Positions 38,253 through 51,831 of a stretch of 64,000 bases of DNA are shown one piece after another. Position numbers and translations under genes: made by a program. Source of the DNA: the human T2T-CHM13v2.0 reference genome, Homo sapiens; NCBI RefSeq assembly GCF_009914755.1, contig NC_060939.1; one strand, 5' to 3'. The notes under the pieces are model-generated. The model did no database searches and had not been told where the DNA came from. It worked only from the letters and a program-made list of their open reading frames with translations. Every line of letters starts with the position of its first letter. Position 1 is the stretch's first letter.

Positions 38253-38267
38253 AATTGCATAACAAAG
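38253..38267 (-). promoter_or_regulatory. SOX-POU (Sox2-Oct4 type) composite motif, candidate enhancer core
   Basis: AATTGCATAACAAAG versus canonical ATTTGCATAACAAAG (14/15); unique sequence; further ATGCAAA sites nearby. Confidence 0.5.
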
Positions 38268-39604
38268 AGGGGCAAACTGCAAATTAAATGCAAAATTGGT
38301 CACCTCTGGTGAGAGAATTGCAAGTCCATTCTCTTGAGGGAGAGAATTGACACTGGGCAAAGCAGTACCAGGGTAACATCTATATATACTTTTAAAATAT
38401 GGAACCACAGGAAGTTTCATATGCAAAGAATATGAAATTGAAAAATGCAAACATGAATGCAAAGATTTATAACTCTCTGTGCTGTTCTTTCCCTGGATCT
38501 AGGCTCCCCAGGTTCTCCCTGGAAAAAAACAATTCTGAAATTTGAACCCAGGCAGCTTGATTTGAGAGGGTCTCTGCTTTTAAACTCTATCCTATGCTGT
38601 CCCATTATAATTGGAGAAAGCAATTCTCACATTCATTAGGTTGTCATAAGACTTGAACAAAAAGATGTTCACAAAGCACCCAGTACAGTGTCTGGCCCAA
38701 GGTCATGGCTAGGGGATCTTAGTGCCCCCACTCAATAGTGCTCCCATTTAAGCCAGGATTAAATAAGGGGTGAGAGCGAGTTGTTATGTTGTAGCTCACT
38801 GGGGCAGGGAGGACAGGAGCAGTTGATCACTGACCTCAGAGGGACAGCCACTAGGATATCAAGTTTGGTCTGCATTAGGAAGGACTGTCTCCCGAAATCA
38901 GATGGAATATCTTGCCCCGGAGGCTCAGCATCCTGGCCATCCTGGGTACTGAAAAACTACACAGCAGCCCTAGGTACTTCTCCTGGCTCAGAAAGAGCTC
39001 ACCCCTGTGGGCCTGGAGCTTGAGAAGGAGGGAAACTTAGCTACAGAATAAAATGTACTCAAATAGCTCTCCCTGGGGCTGACCAGCCCAGCCACGTGCT
39101 GGTCATGGCAGGGAGGCGGTTCTGCACGACCCCAAATTAGCAGTGAGACCATCCCTTTTGGCAAAGGGCACACAGGAATGGCCAGTGGGAGAGCTGTCTC
39201 TGGATCCAAGTGCAGCAGCTGGAACTTCCTCCTGCCACCCAGCCATCCTTCCTAGAACAGGCCTCCATGAGGCACATCCCCTGTGGTGGGTCAAGATGGT
39301 GATGGTGACTGCCTGGGGAATGGTTATCACTCCTCTTAGGGGAGCCCAGCATCATCACAAATGCATGTCCTCCTCCCATGGCAAGAGCTCCAGAACTTAT
39401 TATCCACCCCTCTCTTGAGGAACTGATCTCACCCTTCCTTGCTACAGTTGACTGTGGAATAGCCTCAGGCCCTACTTGTCTTAATCTGCAAGTCCCATTA
39501 GGATAAGAACTATATTTGGTGGTGACCCCAAAGTACCAGGGACTGAACTGAACTCAGTGGTTTGAAGTTTGACGTTAACAGAGCTTCAAAAAAATGACTC
39601 TTAT

Positions 39605-40589
<985 letters not shown>

Positions 40590-40924
40590 TAAGGCTCTTG
40601 TGCCCATTCTCCAGGCCGCCTCTGGGGGTCGCTGTCTTGGACGAACACCTGGACAACAGCAATCTCAACCCTCCCTAAAGACCCACTGTGGGGGCCCAGA
40701 ACATCTCTGTTCCCCCGAGTTGAATGCAGGTGTGCTTCAAGAAACCATTTCTAGTCTAGCCTGACTACGTCCCTGGGCAAGTCACAGATTCTCTCGTCTG
40801 TGAAATGGGAGCATCTGCCTTTGCTATAAACAAGACCACTATGTTGAGGCCTCTGATGGACATTTCTATGCAGCCTCCATAGAAAACCTCCTAAAGAGAA
40901 ATAAACAAGACTTCTCCACGCAGC

Positions 40925-41170
40925 TACGGTTGCTGGTGAAGACCCAGGCTATGGGGCCAGGCAGCCTGGGATGTCAACCTTGCCTCTGCCACTTACCAGC
41001 TCTGTGATCCAGCACAGCTTACTGTGACCCAGCACAGCTTACTGGATCTCTCTGAGCTTACATTTCCTCCTCTGTAAAATGGGATAATAATGCTCATCAA
41101 CTAGCCCTGTCCTGGGGATTCAAGACAATGCTTGCTAAGGGCTGGGGCACAGAAGGCACTCAATGTTCAA
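40925..41170 (+). mobile_element. MIR with an internal 20-bp tandem duplication
   Basis: tctgccacttaccagc...ctctgtaaaatgggataataatg; ctgtga(t/c)ccagcacagctta twice at 41002-41041. Confidence 0.8.
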
Positions 41171-42349
41171 TCACAGGACGTGATGATTCTGAGTTTTAAC
41201 CACCATGCTGTCAGCTGGAGCCCTGTGCACCACTCTCGGGCTCACAGTCTGACTGCAGGGCCTGGGGACCTTGGGAAGCATTATCCCTAGGCACAAGTGA
41301 CTCTGTTGCTTCTGTGCCCTGCACCATTTCCTGAGCTGCCCGAAAGCTCAATGATGTCATCACCAGGATCAGCACCTGCATCTGCTCCGGTCACAGGAGG
41401 CCCTGATGCCGCATTAACCCCTGTGAGAGGTGGAGCTTTAGAGTGCTCAGGAATCCCTTGCCCTAAGAGTTCTCTATTCTCATCCAAATCCACCTGTTTG
41501 TAAACCCAGCCAGTATTCCCTTTAAGGCCTTCCTCCATTCCAGTGCCAAGGACCGTCTGTACTGGAGGGGGCATGGCATCACCCACGTGGTCTCTCACAA
41601 CACAGCCTGGATGACAGATGCCATAGCAACAGCCCTAGCAACAATGACAGGAGACGACCTCTTGGCCACAGACTGGTGGGAAATATGTAAACAACAATCT
41701 GCATGCATGAAGGAAAGGCTGTGGAAGGCCTGAGGCAGACCTACATGTGCAGGATGGCACCCGCCTGGGCAGAGAGAGAAGCCCATTAGCAGAGTCCAAC
41801 TTCCCCCTTCAATATCAAAGCAAAATAATCAATGAAAAAAGACAGGAGGGGCCTAAAATCCTTTTGACCTGCAGCAAATTAAGTTTAATCCTCTCCAGCC
41901 AGCTGTGTGGCTGTTTGGGTACAACTGGGCTGTCTACTAGGAAACTGACAGCCCCCTGAAACCCACAGACGGGGGCCAAGAGGAGAAGTCCCAGCCAGCA
42001 GCTGGAATGCTGCAACTGATGAGGCATCCCAGAGTCCCTCACTGTGCAGGGCTGGACCCTTGGGGCAGAAGGCTGGCCTCCTGGCCTCAATGCCTATTGG
42101 CAATGGAACCAAGCAAAACCTTAGGAGACAGAACCAATCCTGTTTCCCTCACACTGAGCTAAATTCTGGAAGAAACAGTCATTCTCCCTGGATGAAGTCG
42201 ACTAAACCCAAACTTCTACTAGCCCAGCTGTGAACCAGCACTTCCATTTCCAAAACAGTACATTCTGGTGGGAACTGAAGCTCCTGAAGTGGGTGACTTG
42301 TCCAGGCTTCCAGGGGTGGTGGAGGTCAAAATCAAGACTGGAAGAATCT

Positions 42350-42590
42350 TGATGGTGATGCCTAACACGCACTGAGCACTTCTGAGTGCCAGGCCCTGCA
42401 CTGAGTGCATTACATCATCTCTCAGCCCATGCTCTCTGCACCCCTCTGAGATGGGCAGCATTATCCCCACTGCACACATGGTGAAGCAAAGGTCTGCAAA
42501 ATGGCTTGCCCAAGGTCACACAGCTCTCACTGGAGAACTTGCATCCAAACCCAGAAATGCCCACACCCCCTCCTCTCTTGCTTCTGCTAG
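42350..42590 (-). mobile_element. MIR SINE
   Basis: actgagcacttctgagtgccaggccctgcac...ggcttgcccaaggtcacacagc. Confidence 0.75.
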
Positions 42591-43494
42591 CCCAGCCAAA
42601 GATGCAGCTATCGACTGCCAGGAGAGAGAGCTTCAAATGCCCAGAGAAAATCCCCAAGTAAATCAGACTACAATTTAATCAGCTTGGGTTTAAAAGAAGG
42701 CATAATCAGCAGACTAAAATATAATAAGATAAAATAAAATAAATGAAATAAATAAATGAAAAAGAATGCCAGTAGCAGGGATGACAATGACCACCATGGC
42801 TTTGAGCCACACGTAGGAACCCTGAAAAAGCTCCCCCAAGCAAATCAACCGCTCATGCATTTCTTGGGGTTGTGGAGTCCCATGGCAGGGGTCCTACTGT
42901 AGGCACGGAGAGGGGTGATGGCCCACAGGAAAATCCTAGCCTCTCCTACTCAGAAGAATGACCGAAACCTCAAAGGCCACCAAGACAGAGACCTGTGGGT
43001 CAGCCCCCAATGGGGCCTGCTGGAGAGAAAACGCCATGGGCTTGCAGGTACAGATGGGAGTTCAAATCTAGGCTCTGCCACTCAGTAGCTGTGTGACGCC
43101 AGCAAGTCACTTAAATTTGGAAGCCTCGGATCTGAAAAATAGTGAGAGCAAGGTCCACTGTGTGAGTTGGTGAGAATGAAATGGGTCAGAGATGAGAAGA
43201 GGCCCAGCCCTGGAAGGCTCTTGGGAAATGTTGGCAAGAGGAAGGCCCCTTTCCAGGCAGTCACAGGAGCCCACACAGCTTTCAAGCCAGCCATTTCCTG
43301 CACATGGCCACAAACACCTGCAGCCAGCTTCTTCCCAGCGAGAGCGGGAACGTCCAAAAGATCTGTCCCTCAAGCCAGAGGAATGCTGGCCACAGGACTC
43401 CCCATTCCCACCCCACAGTCAAGCCACTTGAAATAGGACACATCCATAGGAAGTGATCATGGCAGAAAGGTCCCAAGAGATCAACCCGTCCAGA

Positions 43495-43660
43495 GATCTA
43501 AACCCTGGATGCCTCTGAACCTCCAGGGGATACGTCTCAAAAATGCTGATTCTTGGGCTTAACCCCAGAGTACAGGCTCAGAATTCCTGGAATGGGGCTC
43601 AGTTCTCTGCATTTTTAACAAACTCTCCTGGGGATTCTGAAACACAGCCAGGGTTGGGAA
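43495..43660. mobile_element. MER5-family DNA transposon
   Basis: aaatgctgattcttgggcttaaccccagag...tctgcatttttaacaaactctcctggggattctga...ccagggttggga. Confidence 0.7.
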
Positions 43661-44121
43661 TCTAGTCCAATGCTTTCATTTTAGAAAGAAAGAAACTCTA
43701 TTGCTGGTGGACTTCATGCGGATTAATTTCAATTACTCTTTTCCTGGTTATAAAGTAATACAGACGTATTGTGGAAAGTCTGGAAAAACTGAAAACATAT
43801 AAAGAAAAGTAAAGTCACTGGCAATTACGGCTCCCAGAGGTAACCATCTTCAGCCTGAAAGCATTTCCTCCCGTCTTCATTCTTAGAGGATGAGATGATG
43901 ATGGATGGACAACTTGAATCCTAGCTTTTCTTCACTTAATATTTCACCTTAGGTATTTGCTGATGTCATTACAAATTCATAAGAAAAAAACATCAATAAA
44001 GATGAGAAAAATAACAGCAATTTTAACCATGTTACCAAAGTAAATAGCTAGTGAATACCAAGGGCAGAGCCACATAACCTGATCCTGATGCAATGCTTAC
44101 TTTTTCAACAAGGAGTTTACC

Positions 44122-44288
44122 GTCAGGTGCGGTGGCTCACGCCTGTAATCCCAACACCTGGGAGGCTGAGGCAGGTGGATCCCTTGAGCCCAGGAGTTTG
44201 AGACCAGCCTGGGCAACATGGTGGAACCTCATCTCTATTTAAAAAAATAAAATGTTGAAAATTAAATAATAAAAATGAAATAAAATAA
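44122..44288 (+). mobile_element. FLAM_C / free left Alu monomer
   Basis: Single monomer (cttgagcccaggagtttgagaccagcctgggcaac) with an A-rich tail; degenerate TSD aacaa(g/a)ga(g/a)ttt(a/g)cc. Confidence 0.88.
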
Positions 44289-44613
44289 AACAAAGAATTT
44301 GCCACCCCTTAACAGAGAGTGCAGGCCAGGGAAAAGAGCACTGAGGCCAGTCCCGTAGTGACGGGTGAATGGGGAGGTGGGAGGGGGGCTTGTTCAATGG
44401 CTCACAAGGGCCTGACTAGATTACAACAAACATAAACTAATGACACAGCTGTTGAGACCGATTAGGCTGCACAATAGAAAAATTACAGGATTGTTTGGTC
44501 CCAACAGTATAAGATTAATTTATCAATACAGCTTACGCGGCACTGCAGAGATAACTGCCAGAACCAGGGCTTCTTGCACACCTTACATGCAACTGGAATC
44601 TCTTGGCCACGTA

Positions 44614-44688
44614 CCTGTCATACCTCAAAGCATACCTCAAAGCATGAGCTAGAAAGGCCTGTCATACCTCAAAGCATGAGCTAGAAAG
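44614..44688. repeat. Nested tandem duplication (31-bp unit twice, with a 12-bp internal duplication)
   Basis: cctgtcatacctcaaag[catacctcaaag]catgagctagaaag g cctgtcatacctcaaagcatgagctagaaag. Confidence 0.95.
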
Positions 44689-44889
44689 CAGACTTTGCAG
44701 CCCATGTTGGGTGAGGCAGTACAGAGGGACTGTTTGCCAACTAGCTGGAATGCACGTGGGTCAGAACTCAGAGATTCTCTGTGACACGGGCATAGGAACA
44801 GATCCCAGTGCCCAGCTGTAACACATACATGCACCTATATATGACTCTTATGCCAGCTTAGTTCTGAATCTGGCACATCACCCACACTA

Positions 44890-45050
44890 AAACCTCACAA
44901 CAAGGCTATGCAGCAGGTACTGTTATTATTCCCATTTTACAGAACAGGAAACTGAGACAGGTTCAATGGCTTAGCCAAGGTCACACGGCTGGCAAGAAAA
45001 GCAGCTCTAGTGTTCAAATTCAGGCAGGATCCACAGTTTACGTTCCTAAC
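44890..45050 (-). mobile_element. MIR SINE
   Basis: attattcccattttacagaacaggaaactgagacaggttcaatggcttagccaaggtcacac. Confidence 0.85.
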
Positions 45051-48000
45051 CCTGAAGCTGCCTTTCAATAATACAACAATCATATTTTTTAAAGATATAT
45101 CATCCCTCATTTTAATCATCCATTTCAGTTTATGGAGCACATTTCTAGAACATTTCACACAGAACGCAGAACATTAATCTTGTGAAACAGCCTGTGATTT
45201 CCATTCATAGGTGGGGAAACTGAGGCACATAGAGCTCAAAGACTTGCCCAAGAAGTTTAGGTTGCCCAGTTGTGAGGTGAAAGTAGACAAAACTGCCACT
45301 TTCCTGGCACTTTGAGGTGATTGACTGCTTCCTGGAGGTCATGGCCATAATCTGTGACCAGAGTGCCCACTTCTGAAGTGTGGGGTGCCAGGCACTTGGA
45401 ATTCTCACAATCACCCTAGGAGGCAAGTACCATTATTAACAGCAGATTAAGAAACCGAGGCCCAGGGAGGCTCAATGACTCACTGAACATCCCGCAGTCA
45501 GGCAGCGGCGAAGTGAGACCAAGAGGTCCCTGAGGAACCCGCAGGATTCTTTTGGGGTTCTGGACTGCCTCACACTGGGCTGAGAGCCCTCCAAGCTCAA
45601 ACCAAGAAGTGGGGAGAGGAGGGAGAGGAAGGAGATGGGGCGATGGGGCTGGCAGGAGGGTGGGCAGCAGGGGAGAAAAGGTGCTTGCCTCCCTGCTCCC
45701 TCCAGCCAGAGCTGCGGGCTCGGGAGGCGGGTGGGATTGGGCAGAAGGCAGATGTCAGCCACTCCAGCTGGAACACCCCCAGCACACGGCCCCCAGGGCG
45801 GACAGTGACTGCTTCCAAATCAGCCGAGTGGAATGTCCTTGACCAGCTGGCCAGGGCAAAGCATCACACCAGGTCACCCGGGAGGACGCAGTGGCCTGTG
45901 TCACCAGGCGTGAGTGCTGGAGGAGGGGGCTGGCCGCTGGTCACAGCTGTGCCCCCTGCTGCCTCATTGCTCCCTTCCTCCTCAGAGCCCCTCTCTGCCC
46001 ACACGCTCAGAGGCAGAAGGAGCAGCTGGCAGGCGAAGACTGCACCAGGGACAAGAAGGCAAAGGCCGTGGGCAACAAGGGTGGGCTTGTGGGGAGTTTT
46101 GCAAGGGCCAGAGACTGCGGAGCAGGGCCTGGGTATGCCCAGGGGCCAGAAGCAGGCCTGGGGCAGCCCTAGGTAAGGAGGCAGCATTCACATGTCAGAG
46201 AGCCCTGTCCAATGCAACGCCACCACTTCATCGCTCCATGGTCTTGGACAAAGTACTCAACCTTTTGGGGTCTTCCTCTGTGTTTCCTTATATATGTAAT
46301 GGGCATAATAATACCGTCTACCTCCTTGGGCCACAGGAGGATTCAGTGGGCTACTGCACATTAAAAACCCTTCGCACAGTGCTGGCTGGCCAGGATTGTT
46401 ATTCACAAGGTAGTAGCAGAAGACTTAGAAAGTTCGGCCCAGGGTAGAGGCTAGAAACCGAGGCAGTGCTCCAAAGGCAGAAGAACAAAGTGACAAGGGA
46501 CAACCAGGCATGGGAGGTGTTATTAGGAGCAAGATGAGGGCAGTGAGATGGCATTCATTCTGTTGACCAGAGGGAGTTGCAGAGTTAACAGGACACAGAG
46601 TTGGCCTCCAGGCAACACTCAAGGTAGCACCCACATAGCTAGGAAGGCCCGGGGCCGGAGACCTATTGTCTGATCTGGTGTGATCTCAGATTCTGCATCT
46701 CAGAGCTGGTGCAGATAATGTAAGACAAGAGGCCTGGGCCTCTCGTCCTAAGGATGATACAGTGTCAGAAGGCCCCTTTGTGAGCATGGGGCTGAGAAAG
46801 ATGAGGCCCCAAGTTCAGATCAGGATGCTCCCTGCAAGGTGAGGGGCCAGCCCTGCACCAGGCACCAGAACTCAGAACCTAGATCTGAAAGGCAGAGACT
46901 AGGACAGGCTGAACAGTTGGCCTGCCGAGTCTGAGGCCTGGAGAGCAAGTCGTGAGAACGCTATTTCCCAGCATGAGAAGAACATGCCCAGCAGGTGCAG
47001 ACAAGTCCCACACAGTCTGCATTCCGGGGCCTCAACAAGCTGGGTCTAAATACTCTCTCCTTCACCTCCCAGCTGAGGGGACCTCGGGTACATTATGAAC
47101 CACTAAGCCTCAGTTTCCTCTTCTGTCCAATGAAGCTAATGACAGTATTAATTTGAATTTCAGATAAGCATTGTTATTCCTGAGATCATCTCTATAAAGT
47201 CCATAGCAGGGCCTGGAACCTATTAAGACTTCAGTCATCAGGTTCTATCACGACTGTCATTATTCTCACCCATGCTGTTATCTGGCCTGTGACACTGCTT
47301 CTACAGCAGAAACGCACTGCCCAGGTACCTACCAGGAGTGCTGCGACTCTGGGAAGGTAGGGTTGATAAGGCACAGCCTGCTGCTGACCTTGAGGTGTCC
47401 CTGTCTTGTTAGGGAGGCAGCTACATAAATTATCCTGGCACATGGAGGCAGGCAGAGTGGCAGAGGTGTGCACAAGGCCCTCACTCTTGGCACTGGAGCT
47501 GGAGAATCAAACCAACCCCTGGGGAGCAGGGTGTCACTAGTGCAGGACTGCAGTCCCTTGCCTTGCAAAGTGGGCTATTTTGATCCTGTTTGCCTTTTTA
47601 TTTTCCTATAATGATCTCCACTTTATTTTCCCTTAGTAGTTAGTGAAGTTCTCTTCTTTTAAATGCCAGCCACTACCAAGAGGTTGCGGGAAAGATGATG
47701 TTTCTCACAGCGTGGTGGGTAGCGGAGTGTACCCCTGGGCCAGAGGGTGATGGCAGGAATAATGAAAGGGGAAGAAGCCCAAGATGAAACTAAAAGGGAC
47801 GTGTCAAGACACCCCAGTGGATCTCTACCCCTGTGCTGCTGGGTTTGCTTTCCAATGCAGGTCGGGGTTTTGCTTGAGTGAGAGAAGACATTTCTGCACA
47901 AATACTGGGCTTAAGCAGGTATGGGTTCTCTGCTGGGTGGAGGTGAGCAGGGGCTATACCCTCTGTACTACCCTGATCCTAAAAGAGACCAGCCAGTCAG

Positions 48001-49349
48001 AGCTGCAGAAGCCACCCATCCCACCTCCTTTCTGCAAACCCCAAAAACCCTCTGTTTTCTGCAGGAGGGACCCCTGGATGCTGTTCAGAGTGGAGAAGGC
48101 TCCCAAAGCAAGCTGCAGATGAATGAAGTGGGAGGATGAAGAGTCCAGGAGATGAAGAAGAGAGACAAGATGGGGGACAGGGCAGGGCTGCAGGGCGTGG
48201 GAAGCTTCTCTCTTGATATCTCTGTTTTAAGTCATCCACAGTTCCGATTCACAAAGCAGGGTCACAATTATCAGTACAAGCCAGGCACAGCCCACTTCCC
48301 CTCTTCTGACAGTGCTGATGTTTCCCAACCAGATCCATGCAGACCAGATCCAAAACCCTCTCCAGAAACTCAGGGAGCCGACAGCCCCGTACACCACACC
48401 TCACGGCAGGCAGGAGGAGGGATGGGAGGAGATTGAAGGAAGGGCCAGAACAACAAGGCACAGATCCCTTCCTGGGGGTCCGATAGGCTGCAGTCAGCAG
48501 TCACCCGCTACCTAGACATGCACAGCCTGCTGCTGCCTCTGGCCCTGATCTGCTCAGACCCCAGACCCTGGAGAGATGGCCCTTCTAAAGGGCCGAGGTG
48601 ACAAGACAAGGGCGATCCCAGGAAGCAGTCTGGAAGTCGAGAGAACACTGGATGTGAAGTCAAAGGCATGGTAGGAGTCTTCACTCTGTGATGTCCCCAC
48701 TGTGCAACACCAGGCAAGTCCTCTTCCTTTCAGGCCTCAGTTTCCTCATCTGTAGAATGCAGGGAGTGAGCCAGACCGTCTCTAAGTCCTTAGCTCTGGG
48801 ACCAAGAGTCCTAAGCCCAGGGCAGCACCTGCCGGTTGCCCCCTGCAGACCCCTTCCATGGGTTCCTCTCCCTTCATCCCTGCCCTCCAATGCCCTCAGC
48901 ACATGCTCTCTCCTCCACCCCAGAGGTTGCAGCCACCAGAGCATCCCTCAGGGTAGATCCCAGGAAGTGCCGACTGGATGGTGTGAGTGGATAAGAAACA
49001 GGCCACGAGCAGTCCACAAGGTGGCCCTGAGATGCCGGGGAAGGCCAGGCACTGAAGGGCAGTGAGATGACCCACAATGGGGGTGGGTCTCCAGTTCCAA
49101 CACTCACTTCCTAGAGAACAGTCTGGCTTCTGAAATTTCAGACACAAATTATTCCAGAGGCCAGGGAAGTCCAGCCTCAAAAGTCCCTCCTCCTTGTCCT
49201 CAGGCCCCCACTGCCCTCCATCCTGACATACCAGGGGGAGCACTGAGCCATCTCTGGGCCGCACGGCCCCTATGGCTGATGCAAATCTCCATCAAACCCC
49301 CACCCCTGCCCCTGGGCCCACACTCACATGGTCTTGTGTCCCGTTCCAT

Positions 49350-49550
49350 TATTAATAAAAGTAACAACAATAATCACACTCAACTTGTAGAGAGCCCTTA
49401 GCATTGTACCAGGCCAAGTGTTTTGCAGAAATTATCTTACTTAATCCTCTCAGTCACCCAGTGAAGGAGGGGTGATAGCCCCATTTTACAGAGCAGCAAA
49501 CTGAGGCTCAGAGAGGTTAAGTATCACTGAGAAGATTTAGAACATCTGAC
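49350..49550 (-). mobile_element. MIR SINE
   Basis: cccattttacagagcagcaaactgaggctcagagaggttaagt. Confidence 0.82.
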
Positions 49551-49897
49551 CTGAGCTCTCATCTTCTTTCCACTTTATGTATGCATCTGCACATTCACCT
49601 TTTCCACTTTCCCTCCTTTTACAGAGATAGAGGATGCTCTTCTTTTATTTATCCAAAACCCAGCATAAAGTGAGGCTCTGTGGACAGAGATGAACGATGG
49701 TGCCCCAGCCTTCCAGGAAATCTCAGCTTCAGTTTGCACCTCTTATTCTCTCTCTCCCAAATCCTCCATGCCCTGCATCCTCCCCGTCGGGTCTCTCCTG
49801 CTCCTTCAGGCTCTCCCATCCACTGGCTCTTCCTTTGTGCCCACATTTCCCTTAAAAAGCTGCATTTCCCACCAACCTATCACCAGCTTTCCCTTGG

Positions 49898-50323
49898 TGT
49901 TAGGAGCTGACTGCTGTCCACTCCTCACCCCCAACATAAAATTCATTTGTTGAAGTCCTAGCCCCTACCTAGAGCCTCGGTGTGTGACTGTATTTGGAGA
50001 TAGAACCTTTAAAGAGGTAATTAAGATACAATGAGGTCATTAGGATGGGCCTTAATCCAATGTGACTGGGTCCTTATAAGAGGAAATGTGGGCAGGTGAA
50101 AAGAGAGACACCGGGGACATGTGCACACAGAAGGATGACCAGGTGAAGGGGCAGCAAGAAGGCCGCCATCTGCAAGCCAAGGAGAGAGGCCCTAGAGGAA
50201 CCCAGTCCTGCTGGCTCCTTGATGTTGGACTTCCAGCCTCTAGAACGGTGAGGAATCCACTTCTTCTGTTTAAGACACCCAGTCTGTGGGACTTCGTTAT
50301 GGCAGCAGCAGCAGATTAACACA
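49898..50323 (+). mobile_element. MLT1A-like MaLR solo LTR
   Basis: tgttgaagtccta...gtatttggagatagaacctttaaagaggtaattaag...ttggacttccagcctctagaac...aaca; near-TSD cttgg/cctgg. Confidence 0.9.
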
Positions 50324-51369
50324 CCTGGTAACCAAACCCTCAGGGGAACACTCACTGCCCGTTCCTCCCTCCCCCTCTACCCACCTCAGTTCTGGGCCAC
50401 TGAGGTCGCTGACCACTACCCTCCCCCTAGAAGCTGCATGCCCCTCGCAGCAGTACCAAGCATTCCCCTTGCTAGCTCACTCCCGTGGGTCCTTTCTCCT
50501 TACTCCTGTATCCAGATGGAAACAGGGTTCTCACCTTGGCCCTCCTCCCTTCTTCATGTTCACTGGCATCCTTGGCTTCAGCCCTCACCTCTAGACACAT
50601 AATTCACTAACCTGCAGGCCTGGTTTTTATGCCCAAGCCAGCCCAGAAACTCCAACTGCTGGCAGACATCTGCCTCTGGATTTCCAGGCCAAACCTAAAC
50701 CCAATGTGTGAAACCAGAATCATGCTTTTCCTTCTCATATCCACTCCCTGCTGATCTTCCTCTATCTCTGGGCACGTCACTCCCCTCTCTCCTGGGCTCC
50801 CCACTGGAAATCCCAGCACTGAGAATCCATGCATGCCCCCTCAGCTCAAATCCTGCCACTCTGACCTCCATGCCATTTCTCTCTCCCACCCCCTCTTCCT
50901 ATATCTGATTTTCATCCCTCCATCTGGAGAGATTCCACACCTCCCGCTGGGTCTCCCCATCCTGGCTGTCTGCTACTTCCAATCCATGGCTGGCTGTTAT
51001 GGCTCAATCTTCCTGAAACATGAGTCTCATCCTATCAGTCCCCTTGCCCCCATACTACCCTGTAGTGCATAAAGGATCTGTCTACACCTGCACTCAGAGC
51101 CTCTGGGAGCTGTGGTAATTGCTGCCCCTTCCAACTCCCTTCCTCTTGGTCAGTTGTGACCCATCACTCAGATCCCACCACAGCCTTCCTGATTCCCCTG
51201 GGCAGAAACAGACCCTCCTCCAGGAAAACCCACAGCACATGACCCCAGTACTCTTCACCTCTTCCCTTGTATTATAGTTGTCTATTGGGGTCATCACTGT
51301 GATCCTCAAAATAACTTCCACAAAGCCTCACACGCAGTAACAGAGGGGAACTGGAGGTCTGCAAGCCAA

Positions 51370-51831
51370 CAAGCTCTCTAGATATGGCAGCACCCCCAGA
51401 AGCCCCTCCAGCTTCTGCCCCCTTCACCTCACCTTGCCATAGAGATTGAAAGCCACATGTTCATCTGCTCAGCCTCCCTGGCAACAAGGGATGGCCAGGT
51501 TTGAAGCCTGAGCCATATGCAGAAGTCTAAGGGTGGGAGTGTTGTGGGGGGACCTCTGGGGAGCTCCGTTCTTTGCTGGTGTGCTCACTCCTTACCCCTC
51601 CCTGACCCTATCTGCCCCTCACCAGGACATATTGGCTGCAGCCACCATGCAACCATGAGAGAAAGGCTAAGAGAATGGCAGAGACTCCACCCTTGACATA
51701 GCTGAGTGCTGGACCAACACCAGCCAATCTCCCATTGTCTAATTTTCATCAGAAAAATAAACCCCTATATGTTTAAGCCACCAAGCCAGTTTTCAGTTAC
51801 TTGCAGCCAAACGCAAGCCTGTCTGATTACA
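51370..51831 (+). mobile_element. Ancient MaLR/ERVL LTR remnant (MLT1J-N/LTR67-like)
   Basis: gcagccaccatgcaaccatgag...aaataaacccctatatgtttaagcca...ttacttgcagccaaacgc...ctgattaca. Confidence 0.6.

Noticed and set aside
45643-46447. Several overlapping ORFs of up to 177 aa on both strands
   Set aside because: Expected from stop-poor GC-rich sequence; low-complexity translations.
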